A stretch of 64,000 nucleotides of DNA from an uncultured Acidobacteriota bacterium (GCA_963750035.1 CAVVPE010000021.1:10795-74794), one strand, 5' to 3'. Shown: positions 11,616 through 19,998, numbered from the stretch's first letter. The notes: generated by a model not told the origin, from the letters alone. Numbers and translations: made by a program.

Positions 11616-13357
11616 GCGGCCAATGCCGCTGAAGCTGAGCAGGCCGAGAGTGACGGCAATCAGGATGTAGGTGGCGGTGAAGCTGAGGAACGAGTCGACG
11701 AGGCCGTGCAGCGCGATCGCGAGCGTCGCGGCGGCGATCGCTCCAACCGCTGGCTCCAGTGACGTGCCGCGCGATGCCCGCACGGCGGCGGCAAGTTGCC
11801 TGGCGGCGGCCCAGCACAACCACGCGAACGCGGCGCCCCCGATGATTCCTCCACCGACCAGCATCTCGATGTACATGTTGTTGCTGTGCACGCGGCGATC
11901 GAAGTTCGACAGGCCAGCATACTCGCCGTACAGCAGCCGGTAGTTGTCGGGTCCGACGCCGAGCGAGCGGCCGCGTCGCCAGCAGGCTGGCAGCGGCACG
12001 CCAGAGCACGAGCCGGCCGGGCCTCACGGGTACTGGTCGGCAGCGTCATGCGGTAGGCCCTCAGCGAGGGACCAATCGCCGGTCCTGAGACGGCGACACG
12101 CGTCACATAGAGAGGCGCCTCGGGTTCGGTGCTGAACCAGAGTCGGTCGCTCTGCTCCACATCCCACATGAGCCGGTATTCACCCGGTTCAGGAGGCGCC
12201 TCGACATGAGCGTCGAGCCTGATTGACGCCCCGGGCGGCACAGGTACTGGAAATGGCGTTCGAAGTCCTTCCCAGCTGACAACGATATCTTCGTCGGCAA
12301 GCAGCCAGTGGTAGGAGAGCTGAAATGGCTGCGGCGCCGACGAATTCCATGTCGCGCCACCGGTGTTGCGAAGGCGAACGGGCACCGCCGACTGGCTTCC
12401 CGTCCCCAGTTGGAGCCGAACCGGCGCCTGGATCTCGGCCCGGAACCACGCCTCCAGCGTCTCCGTCGTCAGCCTGAGACGCAGGTACTCGGCTGATCGC
12501 GACGACAGCAGTTGCACGGCGAAGACGGCTGCAACAACTCCCAGGACCGCTATGCCGCGATCGAACCCGGCACGCCGATAACGCAGCCACGCGACCACGG
12601 CCAGCGTCGAGGCGACGGTAATCAGGCCGGATCGAGTAAACGTGAAGATGATTCCCTGCGTGATGACCACGGCGAGGACGCCAAACATCACGACAGCGGC
12701 CCGGCGCCTGGAGTCGATTGCCAGCCCGATTGCGAACGCGAAGGCAATCTCCAGAAACATCGACGCGATCGTCGGATACTGAAGCGGGCCGCTCGCGCGG
12801 ATCTGGGATCCCGCGAGCGCAACCCAGGGCCGGAACAGGGCGAGAAACCGGAGGGCTGGTTCGAAGGCAAGATACTCGAGCACCGCGAGAACAGCGACCC
12901 CGGCGCCTGCGGCCGCCGTGGCGATGAGGATGGTCCGCAGCCGAGCCGCGGAGAGGACGCCGTTGACGGCAAGCAGGTACACTCCGAATGCCAATCCGAG
13001 GCGCCCGACCATATTGAGGGCGTTGTTCCGGTGCGCGGGCGCTGCCAACGCGGCGGCAAGCATCGCGCCGACGACGAGCAGCCAGGGTAACGTGAGTGAC
13101 GTCCGCCAGGCTGGAAGCGTGCGCGTCGCGAGAAGTGCGAGAACCCAGGCGCCAAGCGCGGCGATTAGCGCGGCTTCGACGGTGCTCAGCGATTGGCCGG
13201 GAAAGGTGACCAGCGGCCGCAGCGCCTCGAACGGCGCAACCAACACGAGCGCGCAGAGACTGACACACGCGACGGTTGCGACGGTCGCCTGGCTGTCGGC
13301 TTTCGAGCGGGCCAGCGCTGCGCGGGAGGATAAGCCCGGCGCCGCGACAAGAGACAT
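11616..13357 (-). CDS. O-antigen ligase/polymerase-like membrane protein with an inserted Ig/NBR1-like soluble domain; frame switches near 12030 and 11965
   Basis: ORF 11660..13573 read from ATG 13357 (MSLVAAPGLSS...). It has many TM segments (LPWLLVVGAMLAAALAAPAHRNNALNMVGRLGLAFGVYLLAVNG...IFTFTRSGLITVASTLAVVAWL). A soluble beta-rich block follows (VRLRNTGGATWNSSAPQPFQLSYHWLL...PGASIRLDAHVEAPPEPGEYRLMWDVEQSDRLWF). The C-terminal TM part is in ORF 11301..11999 (GPDNYRLLYGEYAGLSNFDRRVHSNNMYIEMLVGGGIIGGAAF). There is no in-frame stop before the GT4 ATG at 11615. Confidence 0.7.
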
Positions 13358-13386
13358 AGGATTGACCGGTACCGGTGTCCAAGAAT

Positions 13387-13411
13387 CTTGCCACGCCCGC
13401 CACGTGGCAAG
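13387..13411. promoter_or_regulatory. 9-bp inverted repeat CTTGCCACG-N7-CGTGGCAAG in a divergent promoter region (candidate operator)
   Basis: Read directly from the sequence. It lies in the 241-nt spacer between the divergent starts at 13357 (-) and 13599 (+). Confidence 0.3.
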
Positions 13412-13598
13412 GCACGGCCGGTGCATACCGGTCGCAGGCGCAAAACAGGTCGGATTCGAGCGTGACGCCAACGATCGCTCGAAATTCCACGTCGCGGAGG
13501 GCTGTCGGGGCTGGGCACGTTGCCGAGGCCCGCGCCGTCCGTCGTGTCGCCGTTTACGGCACTGGAAAGCCATTTCGACACGCGAAAAGGATCGCTGG

Positions 13599-15767
13599 AT
13601 GAGAACGGCTGCGCTCGTCGCTTACCGGGCAGCGTCCGACGTCGTCGGCAAGGCCGCGTTCTTCGTCGTGACGATCGTCGCGGCGCGCCGGCTCTCGTCC
13701 GAGGGGTTTGGCGTGTTCGCGCTCGGCACGACGATCGGATGGATGGCCGTCGTCGCCAGCGACTTCGGGTTGCAGATGCACCTGGCCCGCGCGGTCGCGC
13801 GCGCGCCTGACGCGGCCGGGTACGAATTGCGGAAGTGGCTGCGCGTGCGCGTCGTCCTCGCGGGCGCCGCGCTCGTCGTCGTGGCCATCTCCCTCGCCGC
13901 CTTCGACGGATCGCGGCACGCTCCGGCAATCATGCTCTTCGTCCTCGGGTATCTCGCGGCCGGCCTGGTCGAGTTCGTCCATTACTTTTATCGTGGCCTG
14001 TCGCGGACCGACATCGAGTCGACGCTGACGCTCTGGCAGCGGCTCGGGACGCTGGCCGCCGCGTGCATCGCGTTATGGGTGAGGCCCGACGCCGCAACGC
14101 TGGCCGCGGCCATGGTCGTGCCTCCCCTCGCGACCGCCGTGTACACGGTGCGGCTCGCTGCCGGCATGGGACGTGCTACTGCATCGCCTGGCCCCCCGGT
14201 CCAGTCACCGCTTTCGGAATTCGTCCGCGACGTGGCGCCGGTCGGCGCCGGCATCCTGCTCTCGGCGCTGTACTTCCGAATCGACGTGTTCCTGCTGGAG
14301 GCGTGGCAGGGCACGGAAACCGTCGGCCTCTACAATTCGGCGTTCCGAATCGTCGAGGCGCTCCGGCTCTTCCCGGCCGCGCTCCTCGCGGTGATGCTTC
14401 CACGCCTTGTCCGCGCGGCGAATCCCCGTCCACTCGTTCAAATGGCAGGCGCGCTGACGGCGTTCGGCATCGTGGCGGCGGTTGCACTCTGGCTCGCCGC
14501 GGACCGCCTGGTGCCGGCGCTGTACGGACCCTCATTTGCGGACGCCGTGCCCGCACTCCAGGTGCTCGCCGCGGCTTTTCCGCTGATGTCGCTGAACTAC
14601 GCGCTGACGTATCAGCTGATCGCGTGGAACGGGCACCGCGCGTACGCCGCGCTGTGCCTGGCGGCGCTCGTCTTCAACGTCGCGTTGAACGCGCGATGGA
14701 TCCCGGCCATGTCGTTGAACGGGGCGGCGTGGTCGACGCTCGCGACTGAAGCGCTGCTCACCGCCGGTTGCGCCGGCATCTTGAGCGCGGCGTCCCGCGC
14801 CGGCCGCGGCGATGGCGACGACATGAGGGCGGCCGCCAAGATCCTCCGGCATCCGGCGATTCCAACCGCCGGCCTGACGAGCGACGAGCTCGCCATCGCG
14901 CGCAGCGTCGTCTATGCCTCGCTGTTCGATTACCCGCTGACGCTGGCGCAACTGCGGCAGACGCTCATCGAATCGATCCAGACGCCGTCGCAGGTGCTCG
15001 CCACCTACAACGGGAGCGCGGCGCTGCAGGAGGCGATCGAGTTCCGCGATGGGTTCTTTTTCCCCAGGGGCCGCCCCGATCTCATCGAGGAGCGGCGGCG
15101 CCGCGAGTCGCGCAGCCGCACGTTCCTCCGCCGACATCGGCTCCTCCTGCAGCTCGCCTGCGCACTCCCCAGCGTGCGGATGGTGGCGCTGTCGGGCAGC
15201 ATCGCGCACCTGAATCTGGAAGGGACCGGCGACCTCGACCTGTTCATCGTCACGCGCGGCCGCCGCGTCTGGAGCACGACGGTCGCTGTCCTGATTCTCG
15301 CGAAGCTGATGCGGCGCCGTCGAATCGTCTGCGCCAACTTCGTCGTCGCCGACACCCGGCTCGTCCTCGAGCAGCAGGATCTGTTCGCCGCCAGCCAGGT
15401 GATCCACCTGAAACCGCTGATCGGACGAGATGTCTTCCTCCAGCTGCTCGACAAGAATCCGTTCGTGTTCCGTTTTTACCCCAACTTTCACGCGGCGGAC
15501 GCCGCATCGCTGCCGTTCCGGCCGAGCCGCGTGCTCGGCTGGATGAAGACCGTGCTGGAGACGGCGCTCGCGCCGGTCGCCCCGCTCGGCGAGCTGGTCT
15601 GCCGATCCGCGTACCGCGCGTACCTGCGCCGCCGGGCGGCGACCTGGCGGTCGCCCGACCAGGTCCGGCTGCAGGCCGACTGCCTGAAGCTCCATACGCA
15701 GAGCCACCGCCAGTCGGTCCTCGATCGACTGGAAGCGGGAATTTCAGATTTAAGATTTAAGATTTAA
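13599..15767 (+). CDS. Wzx/MOP-type flippase fused in frame to a Pol-beta-like nucleotidyltransferase-fold domain
   Basis: ORF 12918..15767 trimmed to ATG 13599 (MRTAALVAYRAASDVVGKAAFFVVTIVAARRLSSEGFGVFALG...), because the 5' extension is antisense to the ligase gene. About 400 aa are multi-TM. From the internal ATG 14823 comes a soluble domain with LSGSIAHLNLEGTGDLDLFIV (GS...DxD). The frame is intact. The last 10 codons (GISDLRFKI) lie inside the AT-rich repeat. Confidence 0.75.
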   Translation: MRTAALVAYRAASDVVGKAAFFVVTIVAARRLSSEGFGVFALGTTIGWMAVVASDFGLQMHLARAVARAPDAAGYELRKWLRVRVVLAGAALVVVAISLAAFDGSRHAPAIMLFVLGYLAAGLVEFVHYFYRGLSRTDIESTLTLWQRLGTLAAACIALWVRPDAATLAAAMVVPPLATAVYTVRLAAGMGRATASPGPPVQSPLSEFVRDVAPVGAGILLSALYFRIDVFLLEAWQGTETVGLYNSAFRIVEALRLFPAALLAVMLPRLVRAANPRPLVQMAGALTAFGIVAAVALWLAADRLVPALYGPSFADAVPALQVLAAAFPLMSLNYALTYQLIAWNGHRAYAALCLAALVFNVALNARWIPAMSLNGAAWSTLATEALLTAGCAGILSAASRAGRGDGDDMRAAAKILRHPAIPTAGLTSDELAIARSVVYASLFDYPLTLAQLRQTLIESIQTPSQVLATYNGSAALQEAIEFRDGFFFPRGRPDLIEERRRRESRSRTFLRRHRLLLQLACALPSVRMVALSGSIAHLNLEGTGDLDLFIVTRGRRVWSTTVAVLILAKLMRRRRIVCANFVVADTRLVLEQQDLFAASQVIHLKPLIGRDVFLQLLDKNPFVFRFYPNFHAADAASLPFRPSRVLGWMKTVLETALAPVAPLGELVCRSAYRAYLRRRAATWRSPDQVRLQADCLKLHTQSHRQSVLDRLEAGISDLRFKI

Positions 15768-15858
15768 GATTTCGATGACAAGATTTCGGCGACGTCCGAT
15801 CGAATGAAAATCTTGAAATCCTGAAATCTTAAATCTGAAATCTTAAATCTTAAATTCC
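15738..15858. repeat. 121-nt AT-rich imperfect palindrome built from inverted heptamer arrays (AGATTTA/C)
   Basis: Left arm GGAATTTC AGATTTA AGATTTA AGATTTA AGATTTC GATGACA AGATTTC. Right arm GAAATCT TAAATCT GAAATCT TAAATCT TAAATTCC. The outer ends GGAATTT/AAATTCC are complementary. The element contains the TAA stop at 15765-15767. Confidence 0.85.
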
Positions 15859-15882
15859 ATCGTCAGGTATACACTGTTCGTC

Positions 15883-16227
15883 GTGGGCGCTTCCGATCTC
15901 CTGAAAACCGCTTCGGCCGCGGCGCATGATGTCGTCACCAACACCGGGTCGGGCCGGGCATTCAGGAAGTTGGTGCGGGATTTCGTCGACGCGCTGGCAC
16001 GCGTGCCCGGCATTCCCGCGACGGAGTACTCGCCGTTGGAGATCGAGCAGCTGTCGTCGAAGGCCGAGCATGTCATCGCCGCGATCGAGCGGCATATCGA
16101 AGACCACGCCGACCAGGAGAGTGCCCGGCAGTCGCTGGGTGAGGAAATCGACGCGGTGCGGCACCAGATCAAGGAGCTCAACCGCTGGCGGCGGCATTAT
16201 CTTCAGTCGCCGACTAACTCACGCTGA
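15883..16227 (+). CDS. hypothetical protein, 114 aa, no family recognised
   Basis: Intact ORF with a GTG start. Its composition (MGASDLLKTASAAAHDVVTNTGSGRAFRKLVRDFVDALARV...EEIDAVRHQIKELNRWRRHYLQSPTNSR) is unlike the Arg/Ala/Pro-rich spurious frames. It is bracketed by AT-rich repeats. Confidence 0.5.
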   Translation: MGASDLLKTASAAAHDVVTNTGSGRAFRKLVRDFVDALARVPGIPATEYSPLEIEQLSSKAEHVIAAIERHIEDHADQESARQSLGEEIDAVRHQIKELNRWRRHYLQSPTNSR

Positions 16228-16231
16228 ACTC

Positions 16232-16274
16232 GTACACTTACACTCGAAATTTACAATTGAAATTCCAAAATTAC
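16232..16274. repeat. AT-rich short-period direct repeats (TACACT x2, then AATT-centred ~7-nt units)
   Basis: GTACACTTACACTCGAAATTTACAATTGAAATTCCAAAATTAC. It shares AATTTACAATT..GAAATT with the hairpin at 18184-18219. Confidence 0.55.
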
Positions 16275-16374
16275 TGCGTTCTTTTCACTCAGCCCTCAGC
16301 GCAACCGTCGGGTCGACGCGGACGGCCCGTCGCGCCGGCAGGCATGCGCGCCGAGAGGCGGTTCGAGGTGCCTC

Positions 16375-17268
16375 TCATACCAGGAGTTCCAGGGCGCCCG
16401 CCTCGACGTGCATCGACACCATTCGGTTCGGTGAACCCGGAAGAACCTCGTCGTCCACATGGATGTCAGTCGCGCCCTCGAGCGTTACCTGCTGCGCGCG
16501 CTGCGAGATCAGCGAAGGCGGTCGGTCGTCGCGCCCTTCGAGCAGGTCCCGTAAGTAGCGGTCGACCTCATCACGGTGTTCCTCGCCGGCCATGACCAGC
16601 CGGAACGAACCGTCAGACGGACTCGCGTCGTCCTCGAGGACGAGATTTGGACCGATTGAGCGGATATTGAGGACCTCGACGAGGAGAAACTCCCCGGTCG
16701 TCCGAACGCCGTCAGCGACGATGCTCCACTCCCGCGGCTGGAGCCGCACGAGCACTTTCCCGAACGTGCGAACGGCTTCTGCCAGCTTCGAACGCGCCGG
16801 GAGTTCATCTCCATCAGACCGCTTGTGCATATCGGCGATCGCGGCGGGAATCAGCCCGCTGCCGACGGCTTCCACGAAGTAGCGCCGGCCCCGGACGCCG
16901 TCCGCGACACCAAGGTCGAACGGCACGCGTCTGGCCGTCTCCCATCCTCTAATGACGTCGTCGATCGAGCCATGAGCCCCGACGCTTCTCGCAATGTTGT
17001 TGGCGGTACCCAGCGGCAGGATCGCGAGCGGAACCGCCTGGCGCGCCAGCATGCGCGCGGCAAAGGCGACCGTGCCGTCCCCTCCCGCCGCGATGACGAC
17101 GTCCGGGAGCGCTTCGAGCAGTCGCTCGAACTCGGTCTGCCGCTCGACGACGCAAACAAGGTCGTGGCCATGCTGCGCGACGACGTCGCGGATACGGTCG
17201 AGCGGCACCCCGTCGCCCGCGTTCCCGTTCCAGAAGAGCGATACTCTCACGCGTGCGCACCAATCCAA
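16375..17268 (-). CDS. diacylglycerol-kinase-family lipid kinase (YegS/BmrU-like)
   Basis: Intact ORF with [18 protein letters not shown] and [17 protein letters not shown] motifs. Start is TTG 17268 or GTG 17250. Confidence 0.85.
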   Translation of the reverse strand: MDWCARVRVSLFWNGNAGDGVPLDRIRDVVAQHGHDLVCVVERQTEFERLLEALPDVVIAAGGDGTVAFAARMLARQAVPLAILPLGTANNIARSVGAHGSIDDVIRGWETARRVPFDLGVADGVRGRRYFVEAVGSGLIPAAIADMHKRSDGDELPARSKLAEAVRTFGKVLVRLQPREWSIVADGVRTTGEFLLVEVLNIRSIGPNLVLEDDASPSDGSFRLVMAGEEHRDEVDRYLRDLLEGRDDRPPSLISQRAQQVTLEGATDIHVDDEVLPGSPNRMVSMHVEAGALELLV

Positions 17269-17319
17269 GAATCACGCCGAAGCTGCAACTGGCCGCCGGT
17301 TTGCACTACGAGGTGACCG

Positions 17320-18161
17320 ATGCGAATTCTGGTGTCGAACGACGACGGGATCTACAGCCCGGGAATCTCGGTACTTGCCGAGGTCGCGTCAGAGTTCGGC
17401 ACCGTGCGCGTGGTCGCGCCGGACGTCGAGCAATCGTCGATGGGGCACGCGATCACGGCCACACGGCCGCTCTCGTATCGACCGACGCACATCGGCAATC
17501 TCACCGCCTGTCGCGTCAACGGAACACCAGCCGACTGCGTGGCGCTTGGCACGTATCACTGGGAGCAGGTGGACGTGGTGCTGTCCGGGCTCAACCTCGG
17601 ATTGAATCTCGGCAATTCGATCTGGCACTCAGGCACGCTTGCCGCGGCGAAGCAGGCGGCGCTGCTGGGTGTGCGCGGCGTGGCGCTGAGCGCTCCGGCA
17701 GGCATCGAACCGGACTTCGAACACTTGAAGCCGTGGATCCGGCGAGTGCTCGACGTACTGTTGACGGACTCGACATTACTGCTCGTCAACGTGAATTTTC
17801 CGCGCGAGCCCAGAGGCCTGGTGTGGACGCGCGCTTCCGTGCGTCGTTACGACGGCAAGATTGTGCCGACGAAAGATCCGCTCGGGCGCGAACTGTTCTG
17901 GTTCACGGTGAGCCCCTCGAAGGCGCCGAAGAAGGCACCGATCGATGGGCCGCCGAGCAGGGCTGGGTCTCCCTCACTCCGCTCAGGCTTGATCTGACCG
18001 ACGAAGCGCTGCTCCGTGCCGTCCGCGCGAGTCGGCCCCTTGACGAAGCGAGGGCGGCGGCGGTTTCACCACCGAAGTCGTCCGAGCAGGCGGCCGAATC
18101 GGTTCGCGAAGACGAGGCCGCCGCGTCGATCCCGGTGAACCACGGTGCTTCCCGCCGCTGA
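17320..18161 (+). CDS. surE: 5'/3'-nucleotidase SurE, one apparent frameshift near 17909
   Basis: [22 protein letters not shown]...[16 protein letters not shown]...[23 protein letters not shown] (ORF 17320..17997). The C-terminus [34 protein letters not shown] continues in the frame of ORF 17253..18161. Confidence 0.85.
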
Positions 18162-18183
18162 ATGCGCGCGGGGACGGCGGCGC

Positions 18184-18219
18184 GCAATTTACAATTTACA
18201 ATTTGAAATTGTAAATTGC
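18184..18219. terminator. AT-rich perfect hairpin (CAATTTA heptamers) between convergent genes; candidate bidirectional terminator
   Basis: GCAATTTACAATTTACAATTT G AAATTGTAAATTGC. Positions 18192-18204 pair with 18206-18218 (13 bp), and slipped registers are also possible. It lies between the surE stop (18161) and the VWA stop (18228). Confidence 0.7.
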
Positions 18220-18227
18220 AGATCTCT

Positions 18228-19259
18228 CTACGGCGTCGCCGCCGTGCGGGCCAGCACCGTGCCGCTGCGCCGCGTCAGCTTCACGGCCAGCTCCGCCCAT
18301 GTGAACGGGCCTTCGGGCGCTTCGACGAGCAGGACGTAATGGCCGGCCAGCGCGCCGGTCAGGCGTTGCACGGCCCGGTCTGGAAAATGGAACGAGCGCT
18401 CGTAGAACCCGCCGGTTTCCTCCGACACCGACTGGAGCCCGACTTCGAGCGAGTGATAGTCGGCCTGCGTGACGTCGATCGAGAAGACGGCGGCACGCGC
18501 GCGCTGGAGCGCGGCCAGCGCTTCGTCGTAGCCCTTCTCCATCATCACGCCCAGGGCGGTGTAGCGGCCAAAGCCGTGGCCGAACAGCACGATCGATTTC
18601 GAGCCGGGCAGCGGCTCGAGCGCCTCCCCCATCAGCAGCAGGGCTTTCTCGATCGGATACGCCTTCCGCCCTGCCGCCTGAGTCAGGCGGCGCGTCAACG
18701 AAATCTCGGCGGTCGCTTCGCCGAGCGCCTTCGGCCGCTCGAGCAGGAGACCACGCTCCAGGATCCGCCGGATCTCTTCACGATCGCCGGTGAAGTCGGC
18801 CCAGATCTTCAGGTGTGAATCGAACGAGACGACCGCAACCCGGTCGTCGGGGCCGAGCGTCTCGAGAAACGTCTTCGCCCTGAACAGCATCCGCATCAGG
18901 CCGACGATGCGGCTCGGCTCGAGATCCTTCTGGAAGAGAAACACGATCAGCCGGCCCCGCGGCAGGCTTCCTTCCGGAAAACCTGGCGCGATCACCGACG
19001 ACGAGGCATCGGCGCCGGCCCCGACCCACACCGCCGACTCGACGCGAACCGGCTTGCCGTGGATCTTGACGGCGAAGTCGTCGGCGGTCAGATCCTGAAT
19101 CGCGCGGCCCATGCCATCGAGCGCCCGCACGTCGACGACGATTCGCGCGACGTCGACCCGGTCGGTGAACTGCGGCTGCTGCGGCGCCTGCGCGAGCGTC
19201 ACTACGGATGGACCGCGCCCACCAGGAGGATGAGGCGCTATTCCACAAGATGCAACCAC
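18228..19259 (-). CDS. VWA-domain protein (acidobacterial VWFA-related type)
   Basis: Intact ORF: DVARIVVDVRALDGMGRAIQDLTADDFAVKIHGKPV...RLIVFLFQKDLEP...DRVAVVSFDSHLKIWADFTGDRE...SIVLFGHGFG...AAVFSIDV. The N-terminal signal peptide is unclear; RLILLVGAV is in another frame and is followed by VVTLAQA. Confidence 0.8.
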   Translation of the reverse strand: MVASCGIAPHPPGGRGPSVVTLAQAPQQPQFTDRVDVARIVVDVRALDGMGRAIQDLTADDFAVKIHGKPVRVESAVWVGAGADASSSVIAPGFPEGSLPRGRLIVFLFQKDLEPSRIVGLMRMLFRAKTFLETLGPDDRVAVVSFDSHLKIWADFTGDREEIRRILERGLLLERPKALGEATAEISLTRRLTQAAGRKAYPIEKALLLMGEALEPLPGSKSIVLFGHGFGRYTALGVMMEKGYDEALAALQRARAAVFSIDVTQADYHSLEVGLQSVSEETGGFYERSFHFPDRAVQRLTGALAGHYVLLVEAPEGPFTWAELAVKLTRRSGTVLARTAATP

Positions 19260-19336
19260 GAAGATCGCGAAGACTCGAAGAAATCCAGATCCGAAGATCA
19301 GGTTCTTCGCGTCTTCGTAGCCTTCGTGGCTTGCAT
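19250..19336. repeat. 87-nt imperfect hairpin built from CGAAGA / TCTTCG units (8-9 nt period)
   Basis: ATGCAACCACGAAGATCGCGAAGACTCGAAGAA...CCGAAGATCAGGTTCTTCGCGTCTTCGTAGCCTTCGTGGCTTGCAT. The outer 14 nt are near-perfectly complementary. A TTTTTT run follows on the plus strand. Confidence 0.7.
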
Positions 19337-19358
19337 TTTTTGCGACTCGTAGCGAGCC

Positions 19359-19998
19359 TTACTTGCCTGTCGACAGGCTGAATATGAATCCCGCACTCGA
19401 GCTTCTGGCCGCCCCACCGGCCCGAACGGGGGTTGAGCGGATCGAGCGGCACGGTCGTGCAGGGCTCGCAGCCGATGCTCGAGTAACCGGCGTCGTACAG
19501 CGGCAGCAGCGGGATGTCATGGGCCTTCGCGTAGCTCCACACATCCTTGGTCGTCCACATCGCCAGCGGACTGATTTTCATCAGGTGCTTCCCGCTGGGC
19601 AGCCGGAAGTCTTCCACCGGCTCGAGACTCGCGCGGCTGGGCGACTGCTCGCGCCGCAGGCCCGTGAACCAGGTGTCGTACGCCTCGAGCGCGCTGAACA
19701 GGGGGCCGACCTTGTGCCTGGCGCAGCAGTCCGTCGTGCTCGTCTGCCAGAGGCCCACGCTCGGCTCCGCCGCGCGCAGATTGACGATGTTCAGGCTCCA
19801 CCGCGCGGCCAGCTCGTCGCGGTAGGCCAGCGTTTCGGCAAAGTGATGGAACGTGTCGAGGAACAGGACCGGGATGTCGGGCCTGACCTGACGCAGCAGG
19901 TCGACGACCACGACGTCCTCTGCCTGAAAGCTGCACGTCAGGCAGGGGGCCGCCGACGACTGAAGGGCGTCCGCGACAACTTGAGTGACATCCGTCAC
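19359..19998 (-). CDS. cysH: assimilatory adenylyl-sulfate (APS)/PAPS reductase CysH, Fe-S type
   Basis: GTG 19998 overlaps the cysN stop (GTGA). Motifs: VLFLDTFHHFAETLAYRDEL, CCARHKV, SIGCEPCT and KLECGIH (ends at 19384). Track ORF 18778..19998 has no in-frame stop and would overlap the VWA gene by about 480 nt. A TAA in the neighbouring frame at 19361-19359 is the likely true end. Confidence 0.85.

Noticed and set aside
12918-13598. 5' extension of track ORF 12918..15767
   Set aside because: It lies antisense to the O-antigen-ligase-like gene and translates to low-complexity Ala/Arg sequence. The membrane-protein sequence starts at ATG 13599, after a 241-nt divergent spacer.
15738-15858. 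Heptamer and other short tandem arrays considered as CRISPR arrays
   Set aside because: Units are 7-9 nt with no spacers. CRISPR repeats are about 24-48 nt separated by unique spacers of similar length. No cas genes are in the window.
16354-16376. Hairpin GAGAGGC-N9-GCCTCTC overlapping the lipid-kinase stop codon
   Set aside because: It is a short stem with no U tract and is not repeated elsewhere in the window. That is insufficient to call a terminator or regulatory site.
15738-19336. Imperfect palindromes after ORFs considered as integron attC sites or gene cassettes
   Set aside because: There are no RYYYAAC/GTTRRRY core sites at the arm ends, no intI or attI, and the bracketed genes have mixed orientation.
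18778-19358. 3' extension of the cysH track ORF across the hairpin and into the VWA gene
   Set aside because: There is no CysH-like sequence beyond ECGIH, it overlaps a well-supported same-strand gene out of frame, and a stop is available one frame over at 19361-19359.
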